A stretch of 64,000 bases of DNA from Bacteroidota bacterium. GTDB lineage: Bacteria; Bacteroidota; Bacteroidia; Chitinophagales; Chitinophagaceae. The notes below the pieces were generated by a model. It worked only from the letters and a program-made list of their open reading frames with translations, did no database searches and was not told the DNA's origin. This document shows, one piece after another, positions 8,936 to 17,900 of this stretch; the first letter of the stretch is position 1, and every line of letters begins with the position of its first letter. The stretch covers positions 1,329-65,328 of the forward strand of contig JAUZOA010000018.1 in the NCBI GenBank assembly GCA_030706685.1. Reading direction: 5' to 3'. Position numbers and translations under genes: made by a program.

Positions 8936-11359
8936 TTATTCCGTTCGCAATGACTTCACCGGGTTGGCAATAGCCGCTTTGATAGCCTTGAAACTCACGG
9001 TAATCATAGCAATCAGCAACGCTACTACTCCCGCTCCGGCAAATACCCACCAACCGATATTAACACGATAAGCAAAATCCTGGAGCCATTTATTCATAGC
9101 CCACCACGCTACCGGAAATGCAATTGCTGAAGAAATAAGCACCAGCTTTAAAAAATCCCTTGACAACATGCCGACAATGTTGGCAACCGAAGCGCCCAAC
9201 ACTTTTCGGATGCCTATTTCCTTTACACGCTGTTCTCCTGCATAAGTTATTAACCCAAATAATCCAAGACTGGCAATGAGAATGGCCAGCACAGCAAATG
9301 TGATAAATATCTTTCCGGTTCTTTGCTCGGTGACATATAGCCGGTTAAAATCTTCATTCATGAATGAATAGTCAAAAGGCTGACCGGGAGCCATTGAATG
9401 CCATTTATCTTTTAGCTGCGCAATTACGCCGCCAATATCAGATGAATTGATGCGCACCGAAATGTTTCCATTATCTTTTCCCAGCTCCAAAGCAAGAGGT
9501 GTTATTACATCATGCAGCGAACTGAAGTTGAAATTTTTCATTACCCCGATAATATGATACTCATTGAGGTCTTTGGTCTTAACATCTTTGAAATTGTATA
9601 GTTTTTTATTCAGCAAGTCCTTTGTGTCAAGAAATTTTGCCGCAGCTTCATTAATGATCATTCCTGTTGAGTCCGTCGGGTATTGACCCGAAAAATTCCT
9701 GCCTTGTTCTATCTGTATGCTGAGTGCCGGTACATAACCTTCATCGACAACCCAACTCTGCATAGATATAGCTGATTTTTGATCAAGGGCGGGAGAAGTG
9801 AAAAACACATCATTATTTCTATTATAATTTACCGGCAGATAACCGCTCATAGTGGCATTTTGCACACCGCTTATCTGCAGCAGTTCGTTTTTAAAAGTAG
9901 TTACCTGGCCACCAAGGGCATTCGTATGATTAATAGTCAGGACCTGGTTCCGGTTAAACCCTATATCTTTCTTATAGATGTAATTAAGCTGGTTGTAAAT
10001 AACGATCGTACCGAAAATGAGAATAATTGAAATAGTGAATTGAAAAACCACCAATACATTCCGAAGCCATGATCTTTTAAACCCACCGGCCATTTTACCT
10101 TTCAGCACTGCTATAGGTTGAAAAGATGATAAAACAAATGCCGGGTAGCTGCCGGCCAATAAACCAACGATCAGCATCAGGGTAATAAGCGACGCCAGCA
10201 TCTTCGGTTGAAATAAAGTGCCTGCATAAATATCTTTTCCCGCCAGTTGATTAAAATACGGAAGCAATGCCCATGCAATAAGAATAGCAAAAATCAAAGC
10301 CATTAAACTCACCAGGAATGATTCAGCTAAAAATTGCTGAATAAGATTTTTCCTGAGAGAACCCAGCACTTTTCTGACGCCAACCTCCTTTGCGCGGTTG
10401 GAAGAGCGGGCGGTAGAAAGATTCATGAAATTTACACAGGCGATTAACAGGATCACGAATGCAATAGCCAGGAAAATATAAACAAATTCGGCATTGCCAT
10501 TACCTTCCAGCTCAGACAGCTTATTGGAATGCAGGTGAATATCCGTTAACGGAGTTAAACTTGCAGTGATATAGCCGCCACTTTTCTTAAATTCATCCAT
10601 GTTCTGGTTGATCACGCTCTTGAGTTCTGGTCCGCTGTACTTCTCCATCATTGCATTCAATTGCGGTTCCAGCTTTTTTATATCTGTATTTTTTTTCAGG
10701 AGGATATAGGTATTCCAGTTTTCACTAATCCAACTGCCATCACCGCTTCCATCGTTCTCAATCATAGGTACGAAAATGTCGAAATTGAAATGAGATTGCG
10801 ACGGGATATTTTTGATGATAGCTGTAACCTTATAATAGCCCGTATCATTGATAAGCAGGGTTTTCCCGACGGCATCCACCGTGTTGAAATATTTTTTTGC
10901 AATCTTTTCTGTAATGACTAACGAGTGGGGCTCTTTTAATGCGGTTTTGGGGTCCCCGGAAATCACAGGCAGTGTAAATACATCAAACAAAGTAGAATCA
11001 GCAAAGGCAACTCTTCCTTCTTGTATATTTTCATTTCCTTTTTTTACCAAAAAACTCCCGTGCCAGCGAAGGCGGGTATATTGCTCAACTTGGGGGAAAT
11101 CCCGGACCATGGTTATCCCCATCAGTGCCGGGCCCACCGCCAGGTCAAAATGATTGTTGCCAAATTTTATTTGGTTATTTACACGGTATATCCGGTTAGC
11201 CTCCTTATTGTACCTGTCATAACTTAATTCATCCAGCACATATAGTAAGATCAGCATGCAGGTGGCCAGGCCCGCTGCAAGGCCAATTATATTAATAAGA
11301 GAATAAAACTTATTTTTTACTAAGCTCCTGAATGCAGTTATAAAATAATTTTTAAACAT
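8936..11359 (-). CDS. ABC transporter permease, double-FtsX MacB-like paralog
   Basis: 807-aa ORF starting MFKNYFITAFRSL, with CVNFMNLSTARSSNRAKEVGVRKVLG and GEQRVKEIGIRKVLG loops. It ends ANPVKSLRTE. Confidence 0.9.
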   Translation of the reverse strand: MFKNYFITAFRSLVKNKFYSLINIIGLAAGLATCMLILLYVLDELSYDRYNKEANRIYRVNNQIKFGNNHFDLAVGPALMGITMVRDFPQVEQYTRLRWHGSFLVKKGNENIQEGRVAFADSTLFDVFTLPVISGDPKTALKEPHSLVITEKIAKKYFNTVDAVGKTLLINDTGYYKVTAIIKNIPSQSHFNFDIFVPMIENDGSGDGSWISENWNTYILLKKNTDIKKLEPQLNAMMEKYSGPELKSVINQNMDEFKKSGGYITASLTPLTDIHLHSNKLSELEGNGNAEFVYIFLAIAFVILLIACVNFMNLSTARSSNRAKEVGVRKVLGSLRKNLIQQFLAESFLVSLMALIFAILIAWALLPYFNQLAGKDIYAGTLFQPKMLASLITLMLIVGLLAGSYPAFVLSSFQPIAVLKGKMAGGFKRSWLRNVLVVFQFTISIILIFGTIVIYNQLNYIYKKDIGFNRNQVLTINHTNALGGQVTTFKNELLQISGVQNATMSGYLPVNYNRNNDVFFTSPALDQKSAISMQSWVVDEGYVPALSIQIEQGRNFSGQYPTDSTGMIINEAAAKFLDTKDLLNKKLYNFKDVKTKDLNEYHIIGVMKNFNFSSLHDVITPLALELGKDNGNISVRINSSDIGGVIAQLKDKWHSMAPGQPFDYSFMNEDFNRLYVTEQRTGKIFITFAVLAILIASLGLFGLITYAGEQRVKEIGIRKVLGASVANIVGMLSRDFLKLVLISSAIAFPVAWWAMNKWLQDFAYRVNIGWWVFAGAGVVALLIAMITVSFKAIKAAIANPVKSLRTE

Positions 11360-11379
11360 GGTCTTGGTTTTATCTGATT

Positions 11380-13809
11380 TTACTCCGTCCGCAATGACTT
11401 TACAGGATTGGCTACGGCCGCCTTAATAGCCTGGAAGCTCACGGTCATAAATGCTATAAACGCCGCTATAATTCCTGCCAGCACAAAGACCCACCATTGT
11501 ATATTGATCCTGTAAGCAAAATCCTTTAACCAGTTATTCATAGCATACCAGGCAACAGGAAAAGCCAGAACGGCGGCTATGCCCACCAACTTTAAAAAAT
11601 CCTTCGAAAGCAAACCAACAATTCCTCCTGTATTGGCCCCGAGTACTTTCCGGATACCAATCTCCTTGATGCGCTGGGAAATGGCAAATGCTGACAGACC
11701 AAACAAACCAAGACAGGCTATAAAAATGGCGATGCAGGCGAATGCAGTGAAGAGTGTCGCCTGTTTCTGTTCCGACTGGTACAGCTTGTCGAAATTTTCG
11801 TCAAGGAATGTATAGTCAGCCGGAGTTTCAGGAAAATATTTTTTCCAGGTTGTATTCATATAGGCCAATGCTGATGAGATATTATTCCCGGAGATCTTTA
11901 TGGACAGGTTATTAAAGAAAGAATTCGAAGGCGGCAACATCAGCAACACTAATGGAACGATAGCCTGGTGCATCGACTCAAAATGAAAGTCATTGATCAC
12001 CCCGATGATATGGCCTCTTTGATTTCCATATTTAAAATCCTTACCGACGGCAGCAGCAGCATCTTTCCAGCCCAGCGCTTTGACAGCCGACTCATTGATG
12101 ACAAAGCTGGCTGTATCTGTTCCGTATTCACGGGAAAAAAACCTTCCTGATTTCATGGGTATCCCGAATGTTGAAACAAAATCCTGGTCGGAAGAAACCA
12201 TTTTGATGTCAGTCGTTACGGGTCTCATCGAATCCCCGCTGAGTGTATAGGCGCCCATATTATCCAGTAACCTGCCGGTAGGTATGCGGGAAGAACGGGT
12301 CATACTTTTAAAAGCCGTATTCTGCAAAAGTTCGGTGCGGAAGGCTTCATATTGTTTGCCTATCTCATTTGTATAGGCCGTTGTTATTACCCTCTCCTTA
12401 TCAAAGCCAAGTGATTTGTTTTGTATATAATGCAATTGCTGAAAGACAATGAATGTAGTAATGATAAGAATGATGCTTATTGAAAACTGGGCCACTACCA
12501 GTACTTTCCTGAAAGAAATACTGCCACCTCCCGCTTTGAATAAACCCTTTAATGTTTTTATAGGCTGGAAGGATGACAGGAACAAAGCCGGGTATAACCC
12601 TGAAAGGATCCCGATTATAAATGGAGCGAGCAAAAGCGGGATGATGATCTTCCATTGCAGGAGCATGCTAAATGAAAGTTCCTGTCCCGAAATTCTATTC
12701 AGCCAGGGAAGGGAGAAATAAGTAAATACGCCTGCCAGCAGGATAGCTGCCCAGCAAATTAATACGGACTCTCCCAGGAATTGCACGATCAGTTCTTTTC
12801 TTCTTGCGCCGATAACTTTTCGTATGCCTATCTCTCTTGCCCGCAATGCTGAACGGGCGGTAGAAAGGTTCATGTAATTAATGCAGGCAATCAATAATAT
12901 GAATAAGGCGATGGCGGAAAAAATATAAACACGGCTGATATCGCCGTTCGGTTCTGCTTCATAATCGGTATGGGAATAGAGATGTATATCAGTTAGTTTC
13001 TGTAAACCAAGTTTTGTCAGTTTGGAGGGAGTGTTTCCAATATATTCCTTACCCGTCATGCGCCTGTCTACAAACGCAGGAAATTGGGCAACCATGCTCT
13101 GCGGGGAAAAGTTGGCCGGCATCAGTAAATAAGTAAAAAAAGAATTGTTGCCCCAGCTTGTCTGCAAATTCTTTTCTCCATATACAGCCGTATCCTTTAA
13201 AGTATTAAAAGATAGCAGCATACCGGGATGCATGTGCGCATTGGCCGGAAAAGCTTTATAAATACCTGTTACTTTAAGATCAAACTGGCTGTTGAACCGG
13301 ATCGTCTTATCCATCGGGTCCTCGCCACCAAAATATTTTTTAGCTGTCTCTTCCGTAAGCATTACCGAAAAAGGGTCATACAAGGCCGTTTTTGGATTCC
13401 CTTTCAATACTTTTACAGTAAAGACATCAAACAGGTTTTCGTCAGCAAAAAATATGTCTTTTTGATTAAATATCTTCTCCTTGTATTTCATCGGCGTGGT
13501 GCCATTGTCAAGCAACCTCGTCATTTTTTCTATCTGGGGAAAATCGCCGGGCAGGTAATAACCAAAAGCCGGGGCAATAGTGCTGAGATTGAGCGATACA
13601 ATGCCATCCTGGTTGTTGAAACTTCTTGTAACACGATAAATGCGGCCGGCATTTACATTATACTTATCATAACTCAGTTCATTCAGTATGTACGTCGTGA
13701 TAAGAAGGCAACAGATCAGACCTATTGTCAGACCGAATAAGTTAATAGAGGAGATAACCCTGTACTTCAGCAGGTTCCTCATGGCTATCTTCAGGTAATT
13801 ACGAAACAT
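11380..13809 (-). CDS. ABC transporter permease, double-FtsX MacB-like paralog (first permease after the ATPase)
   Basis: 809-aa ORF starting MFRNYLKIAMRNL, with CINYMNLSTARSALRAREIGIRKVIG and ISQRIKEIGIRKVLG loops. It ends ANPVKSLRTE. Only 20 nt separate it from the next paralog. Confidence 0.9.
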   Translation of the reverse strand: MFRNYLKIAMRNLLKYRVISSINLFGLTIGLICCLLITTYILNELSYDKYNVNAGRIYRVTRSFNNQDGIVSLNLSTIAPAFGYYLPGDFPQIEKMTRLLDNGTTPMKYKEKIFNQKDIFFADENLFDVFTVKVLKGNPKTALYDPFSVMLTEETAKKYFGGEDPMDKTIRFNSQFDLKVTGIYKAFPANAHMHPGMLLSFNTLKDTAVYGEKNLQTSWGNNSFFTYLLMPANFSPQSMVAQFPAFVDRRMTGKEYIGNTPSKLTKLGLQKLTDIHLYSHTDYEAEPNGDISRVYIFSAIALFILLIACINYMNLSTARSALRAREIGIRKVIGARRKELIVQFLGESVLICWAAILLAGVFTYFSLPWLNRISGQELSFSMLLQWKIIIPLLLAPFIIGILSGLYPALFLSSFQPIKTLKGLFKAGGGSISFRKVLVVAQFSISIILIITTFIVFQQLHYIQNKSLGFDKERVITTAYTNEIGKQYEAFRTELLQNTAFKSMTRSSRIPTGRLLDNMGAYTLSGDSMRPVTTDIKMVSSDQDFVSTFGIPMKSGRFFSREYGTDTASFVINESAVKALGWKDAAAAVGKDFKYGNQRGHIIGVINDFHFESMHQAIVPLVLLMLPPSNSFFNNLSIKISGNNISSALAYMNTTWKKYFPETPADYTFLDENFDKLYQSEQKQATLFTAFACIAIFIACLGLFGLSAFAISQRIKEIGIRKVLGANTGGIVGLLSKDFLKLVGIAAVLAFPVAWYAMNNWLKDFAYRINIQWWVFVLAGIIAAFIAFMTVSFQAIKAAVANPVKSLRTE

Positions 13810-13814
13810 GGCTA

Positions 13815-13882
13815 TACTTTAATTTAGCTGTGAGCGATCAGCTATTAGCCATTGGCCATTAGCTGCTAAAAGCTAACAGCTT
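13815..13882. repeat. degenerate member of the ATTAGC-word intergenic element (between ATPase and first permease)
   Basis: TTTAGCTGTGAGCGATCAGCTATTAGCCATTGGCCATTAGCTGCTAAAAGCTAACAGC uses the same word set (AGCTATTAGCC, CATTAGCT, AAAAGCTAA). Confidence 0.55.
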
Positions 13883-13884
13883 CC

Positions 13885-14562
13885 TTATACCATAATATTC
13901 TCCAGCACCGTTTGTCCATCCAGCATACGAATTATCCGGTGGCTGTAGCGGGAATCATGTTCACTGTGCGTAACCATCACAATAGTGGTCCCCTGTTCAT
14001 TCAGATCGGTCAGCAATTGCATTACTTCGTTGCCATTGTGTGAGTCAAGGTTACCCGTAGGTTCATCGGCGAGGATAAGCTTGGGTCTGTTAACGACAGC
14101 TCTTGCTACGGCTACACGCTGTTGCTGGCCACCGGATAATTGCTGGGGGTAGTGGTTTCGGCGATGCATGATCTGCATTTTATCTAATACTTCTTCTACT
14201 CTCTTTTTTCTTTCACCTGATTTTACCCCGGTATAGATCAGGGGCAACTCTACATTTTCAAATACCGTCAGTTCATCAATCAGGTTAAAACTCTGGAAAA
14301 CGAAACCAATATTCCGTTTACGCAGTTCAGCCCTTTTCCTTTCATTGAATTTGGCCACTTCGATTCCATTGAACAGAAAGCTTCCGCTATCCGGGTCATC
14401 CAATAAACCCACTATATTCAGTAAAGTGGATTTCCCGCAACCCGAAGGGCCCATCACAGCAACAAATTCACCTTCTTTTACTTCCAGTGTCAGTTTATTC
14501 AACGCTACCGTTTCCACTTCATCCGTCCGGTAAACTTTTTCGAGGTTGGTAATCTTGATCAT
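13885..14562 (-). CDS. ABC transporter ATP-binding protein (MacB/LolD-type NBD)
   Basis: Walker [10 protein letters not shown], signature [14 protein letters not shown], Walker [14 protein letters not shown]-loop VTHS. 225 aa. Confidence 0.93.
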   Translation of the reverse strand: MIKITNLEKVYRTDEVETVALNKLTLEVKEGEFVAVMGPSGCGKSTLLNIVGLLDDPDSGSFLFNGIEVAKFNERKRAELRKRNIGFVFQSFNLIDELTVFENVELPLIYTGVKSGERKKRVEEVLDKMQIMHRRNHYPQQLSGGQQQRVAVARAVVNRPKLILADEPTGNLDSHNGNEVMQLLTDLNEQGTTIVMVTHSEHDSRYSHRIIRMLDGQTVLENIMV

Positions 14563-14593
14563 TGTTATTTATTTGATTTAATACTTTTAAAAT

Positions 14594-14800
14594 TTACAGG
14601 TCAAACAGCAGTAACCTCATGGGGGGCAGCTCCATATCTGCTTCTTTGACTGTCTTTGACAGGCACGGCTTTGCACAGGCAGATGAATGATTATACCTGC
14701 TGCATGCTTCCCTGTCACATTCCTTTCCATTTGGCCGGGCCGAAGAAAAAAGGCCAATGCTGCAAATGATAATAAGAATGTAAAATGTTTTTTGTTTCAT
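14594..14800 (-). CDS. small secreted Cys-rich protein (hypothetical, 68 aa)
   Basis: The ORF fills an otherwise unexplained 307-bp gap between the adaptor and ATPase genes. The N-terminus MKQKTFYILIIICSIGLFSSA looks like a signal peptide. The mature part has 4 Cys (ECDREACSRYNHSSACAKPC). I recognise no homology. Confidence 0.45.
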   Translation of the reverse strand: MKQKTFYILIIICSIGLFSSARPNGKECDREACSRYNHSSACAKPCLSKTVKEADMELPPMRLLLFDL

Positions 14801-14869
14801 GGCATTTATTTTTAGTTGTTAGCCCGGAAGCCCGAAAAATATTTCCTGGTTAAGGTTTGGGCTTTCCGT

Positions 14870-16123
14870 CTACTTATTTAAAACCAGTTCCTGCATGTTT
14901 CCATAGTTTTCATAACTCGAAGTCACTACCTTATCACCGGGCTTTAGTCCCTGCAGCACTTCATAATAATCCGGGTTCTGGCGGCCCAGTTGTATATCCA
15001 CTTTGTAAGCCGTATTACCACTTTCACTTACCTTAAAAACCCAGTTACCGCCTGTTTGCTGGTAGAACCCGCCTTTGGCAAGCAGTAATGCCTGCGTTTC
15101 ATCACTTAAGGCGAGACGTATTTGCAGGGTTTGACCGCGACGGATACCCTGCGGCACTTCCCCGGTAAATTCCATGTCTACCTGGAAACGGCCATTGGTC
15201 ACCTGTGTATAAACTTTTGTGATCTTTAACTTATAATCCTTATTGGCAAAAGTGAATTCTCCCATCAAGCCTGTATAAATGCGGGATATATAATGCTCAT
15301 CCACATCCACTCTTACTTTAAACCCGCTGAGCACATCAATCTGCCCGAGTCTTTCTCCTTTGTTTTTATTTTGACCTCTTTCCGCGTCAAGCGAAGTCAA
15401 TTGACCATCCACCGGCGCCCTTACAATGAGATCGCCTTCTTTTTTCTTATACAGGCCCAACGCGCTTTGCGAACTTTCATACGACTGGCGGGCCTGCTCC
15501 AATTGCTGCGCATTGGTAGCCGAATCCTGCTTCAGGATCTGTTCGGTAAGCTTTTCCTTCTCCAGGTAATAATTATAATCGTTCTCCGCTTTTTTAAATT
15601 CCTGCAACCCGATTGCCTTTTGCTCGTATAAGCTTTTGTCCAGTTTATAAATACGTTCCGCTTCTTTTAACTGGCTTTCCACATCTGTCATCTGGTTGAG
15701 CTTGGTTACCGTATTTTGTTGAGCCGCATTTCGCGCGATCTGCATTTGCGTAAGCGTATTGTATACGTTGGATTGTTGAGAAAGCAGGTTCAGCGCGAGG
15801 TCGGTATTGCTGAGTCGTAAAATGGGTTGATCTTTTTTCATGATGGCTCCATCTTCCACGTATTTTTCTTCCACTCTTCCGCCTTCCAGCGCATCGAGGT
15901 AGATGGTAGTAATGGGTAAGACAACCCCATTGACCGGGATAAATTCCTGGAAAGTCCCGTTTTTAACTTCGCTGATAGTGATCCTGTCTGTCTCGACATT
16001 CAATTTGCTCTTACCCGAAGTCAACACATAACTAGCAATTGCCAGGCCGGCTACCCCGGCGATACCCCCGATTGTCAGAATGCGTTTTTTATTCCACCTG
16101 CTTTTAGGAATTGCTCTGTCCAC
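14870..16123 (-). CDS. periplasmic adaptor / membrane-fusion protein (HlyD/MacA family)
   Basis: 417 aa with a GTG start (complement 16121-16123). It has an N-terminal TM (ILTIGGIAGVAGLAIASYVL), a long coiled-coil-like Q/E/K-rich middle and a beta-rich C-terminus. It is the first gene of the transporter operon. Confidence 0.85.
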   Translation of the reverse strand: MDRAIPKSRWNKKRILTIGGIAGVAGLAIASYVLTSGKSKLNVETDRITISEVKNGTFQEFIPVNGVVLPITTIYLDALEGGRVEEKYVEDGAIMKKDQPILRLSNTDLALNLLSQQSNVYNTLTQMQIARNAAQQNTVTKLNQMTDVESQLKEAERIYKLDKSLYEQKAIGLQEFKKAENDYNYYLEKEKLTEQILKQDSATNAQQLEQARQSYESSQSALGLYKKKEGDLIVRAPVDGQLTSLDAERGQNKNKGERLGQIDVLSGFKVRVDVDEHYISRIYTGLMGEFTFANKDYKLKITKVYTQVTNGRFQVDMEFTGEVPQGIRRGQTLQIRLALSDETQALLLAKGGFYQQTGGNWVFKVSESGNTAYKVDIQLGRQNPDYYEVLQGLKPGDKVVTSSYENYGNMQELVLNK

Positions 16124-16434
16124 TATTTAAACCTTTTAATGATTATTTAGACCGTTCCTGTTAAACGAACTGTAATTGGTCTTGGTTACAGTCGGCTCCA
16201 AATTGCTCATTTCTTAAAGTGATAAATATGCCAATTCCTGAGGAATTGGTTAGCAAGAAGTTGCGTCCAACAGAAGTACGAAGACGTTCGTTTGCGATAC
16301 ACTAGGTGTACGCTTTCGATACAGTCGTCATAGACCTTTTTTTGCAAAAAATTAGTTGCCACCGCTTTGTAATTATGGTATACTTGCAGCAGTATAGTGT
16401 ACATAATATATAATTGTACACGGGAAATAGTAAT

Positions 16435-17793
16435 ATGCTACTTAAAAACGCTTCCATACTGATTATAGACGATGACCAGGATGTGCTTACTGCCGTCAGG
16501 CTGTTATTAAAGACCGAGGCAAAGGAAGTCGTTACGGAAAAAAACCCGGAAAATCGTCGCTGGCATTTATCAAAAGACAGTTTTGATGTGATATTACTGG
16601 ACATGAATTTCACCAGTTCCATCAATACAGGCAATGAGGGCATATTTTGGCTGAAAGAGATCCAAAAATTAAAGTCGGAAGCATCTGTTATCATGATTAC
16701 GGCTTACGGGGATATTGACCTGGCGGTTCGTTCATTGAAAGAAGGAGCTTCCGATTTTGTGATAAAACCCTGGCATAATGAAAAACTTCTTTCCACGATC
16801 AAGGAAACATTAAAGAGAAAGAGTAATAAAACCAGCATCACTCCTTTTTCTGCCGCGGATACCATTATCGGCAAAGAATTGCTGGGCGAGTCGGAAGCGA
16901 TGCAGCAGATCTTTTATAAGATCGAAAAGATAGCGCCGACCGATGCCAATATCCTGATCCTCGGAGAAAATGGCACCGGCAAGGATATTATTGCAAAGGC
17001 TATTCACCAGCAATCCCTGCGAAAGAATCATCCTTTTATAAAAGTGGATGTGGGGGCGCTGACAGAAAGTTTATTCGAAAGCGAATTGTTTGGTCATAAA
17101 AAAGGAGCTTTTACCGACGCGAGAGAAGACCGGCCCGGTAGGTTTGAAGCGGCGGACAAGGGAACGCTTTTTTTGGATGAGATCGCTAATATCCCGCTGC
17201 ACCTGCAGGCCAAGCTCCTGAGTGTATTACAAAACAGGCAGGTGATCAGACTTGGAACCAATGAACCGCTGCCGATTGATATCCGCCTGATTTGCGCTAC
17301 CAATGTAAGTCTCCCTGAGCTGGCCAATGAGAACCGCTTTCGTAAAGATCTTATCTACCGGATCAATACAGTGGAAATCATTGTGCCGCCGCTTCGCAAG
17401 CGCGATAATGATATTATCCTGCTGGCCAGGCATTTTAGCCGGGTATACAGCAATAAATACATGAAACCGTTGCCGGAGTTTGATACAAAGGGAATGGAAA
17501 AATTGCTTAACTATCATTATCCCGGCAATGTCCGCGAACTGCAATATATCATTGAAAGAGCGGTGATCATGGCAGATGACAGCATACTCCGGCCCAATGA
17601 TCTTATTTTTTCACCGATCGAGTCCTCGGTAAGGTCTGAGACCGAACCCGCGGAAATGAAACTCAGCGCTGTTGAAAAGAACACCATCCTTAAAGTCATT
17701 GAAAAACACAGTGGCAATATTACCAAAGCAGCCAAAGAGCTTGGGCTGACCCGGACGGCTTTGTACAGGAGAATAAGTAAATATGATATCTGA
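16435..17793 (+). CDS. sigma-54-dependent response regulator (NtrC family: REC + AAA+ + Fis-type HTH)
   Basis: REC domain (ILIIDDDQDV ... LLDMNF), AAA+ Walker A GENGTGKD, sigma-54 contact motif ELFGHKKGAFTDA, Walker B LFLDEI, and C-terminal HTH GNITKAAKELGLTRTALYRRISKY. The ORF track start 16414 is TTG; the ATG at 16435 gives MLLKNASILIIDDD. Confidence 0.9.
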   Translation: MLLKNASILIIDDDQDVLTAVRLLLKTEAKEVVTEKNPENRRWHLSKDSFDVILLDMNFTSSINTGNEGIFWLKEIQKLKSEASVIMITAYGDIDLAVRSLKEGASDFVIKPWHNEKLLSTIKETLKRKSNKTSITPFSAADTIIGKELLGESEAMQQIFYKIEKIAPTDANILILGENGTGKDIIAKAIHQQSLRKNHPFIKVDVGALTESLFESELFGHKKGAFTDAREDRPGRFEAADKGTLFLDEIANIPLHLQAKLLSVLQNRQVIRLGTNEPLPIDIRLICATNVSLPELANENRFRKDLIYRINTVEIIVPPLRKRDNDIILLARHFSRVYSNKYMKPLPEFDTKGMEKLLNYHYPGNVRELQYIIERAVIMADDSILRPNDLIFSPIESSVRSETEPAEMKLSAVEKNTILKVIEKHSGNITKAAKELGLTRTALYRRISKYDI

Positions 17794-17797
17794 TTTA

Positions 17798-17889
17798 GAA
17801 ATACGAAACCGGAAGTACGAAATATGAAATCAATGCTTTCGGTATAAGTAATGTATCTTTTGTACTTCGTACTTTATAGTTCGTATTTC
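17798..17889. repeat. two-tier hairpin between the response-regulator stop and the kinase start
   Basis: Outer stem GAAATACGAA (17798-17807) / TTCGTATTTC (17880-17889). Symmetric 5x5 internal loop. Inner stem AAGTACGAA (17813-17821) / TTCGTACTT (17866-17874). Confidence 0.8.
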
Positions 17890-17900
17890 GTACTTAATAT

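Noticed and set aside
14825-14868. Hairpin CGGAAGCCCGAAA ... TTTGGGCTTTCCG between the adaptor and the small ORF
   Set aside because: Pairing needs bulges on both arms and is too weak to annotate on its own. It is mentioned only as sharing the GGAAG.CC word style.
16343-16361. Sigma-54 promoter candidate TGGCAACTAATTTTTTGCA on the operon strand
   Set aside because: The GG-to-GC spacing is 13 nt instead of the strict 10 nt. The alternative at 16219-16234 lacks the -12 GC. I therefore did not annotate a promoter.
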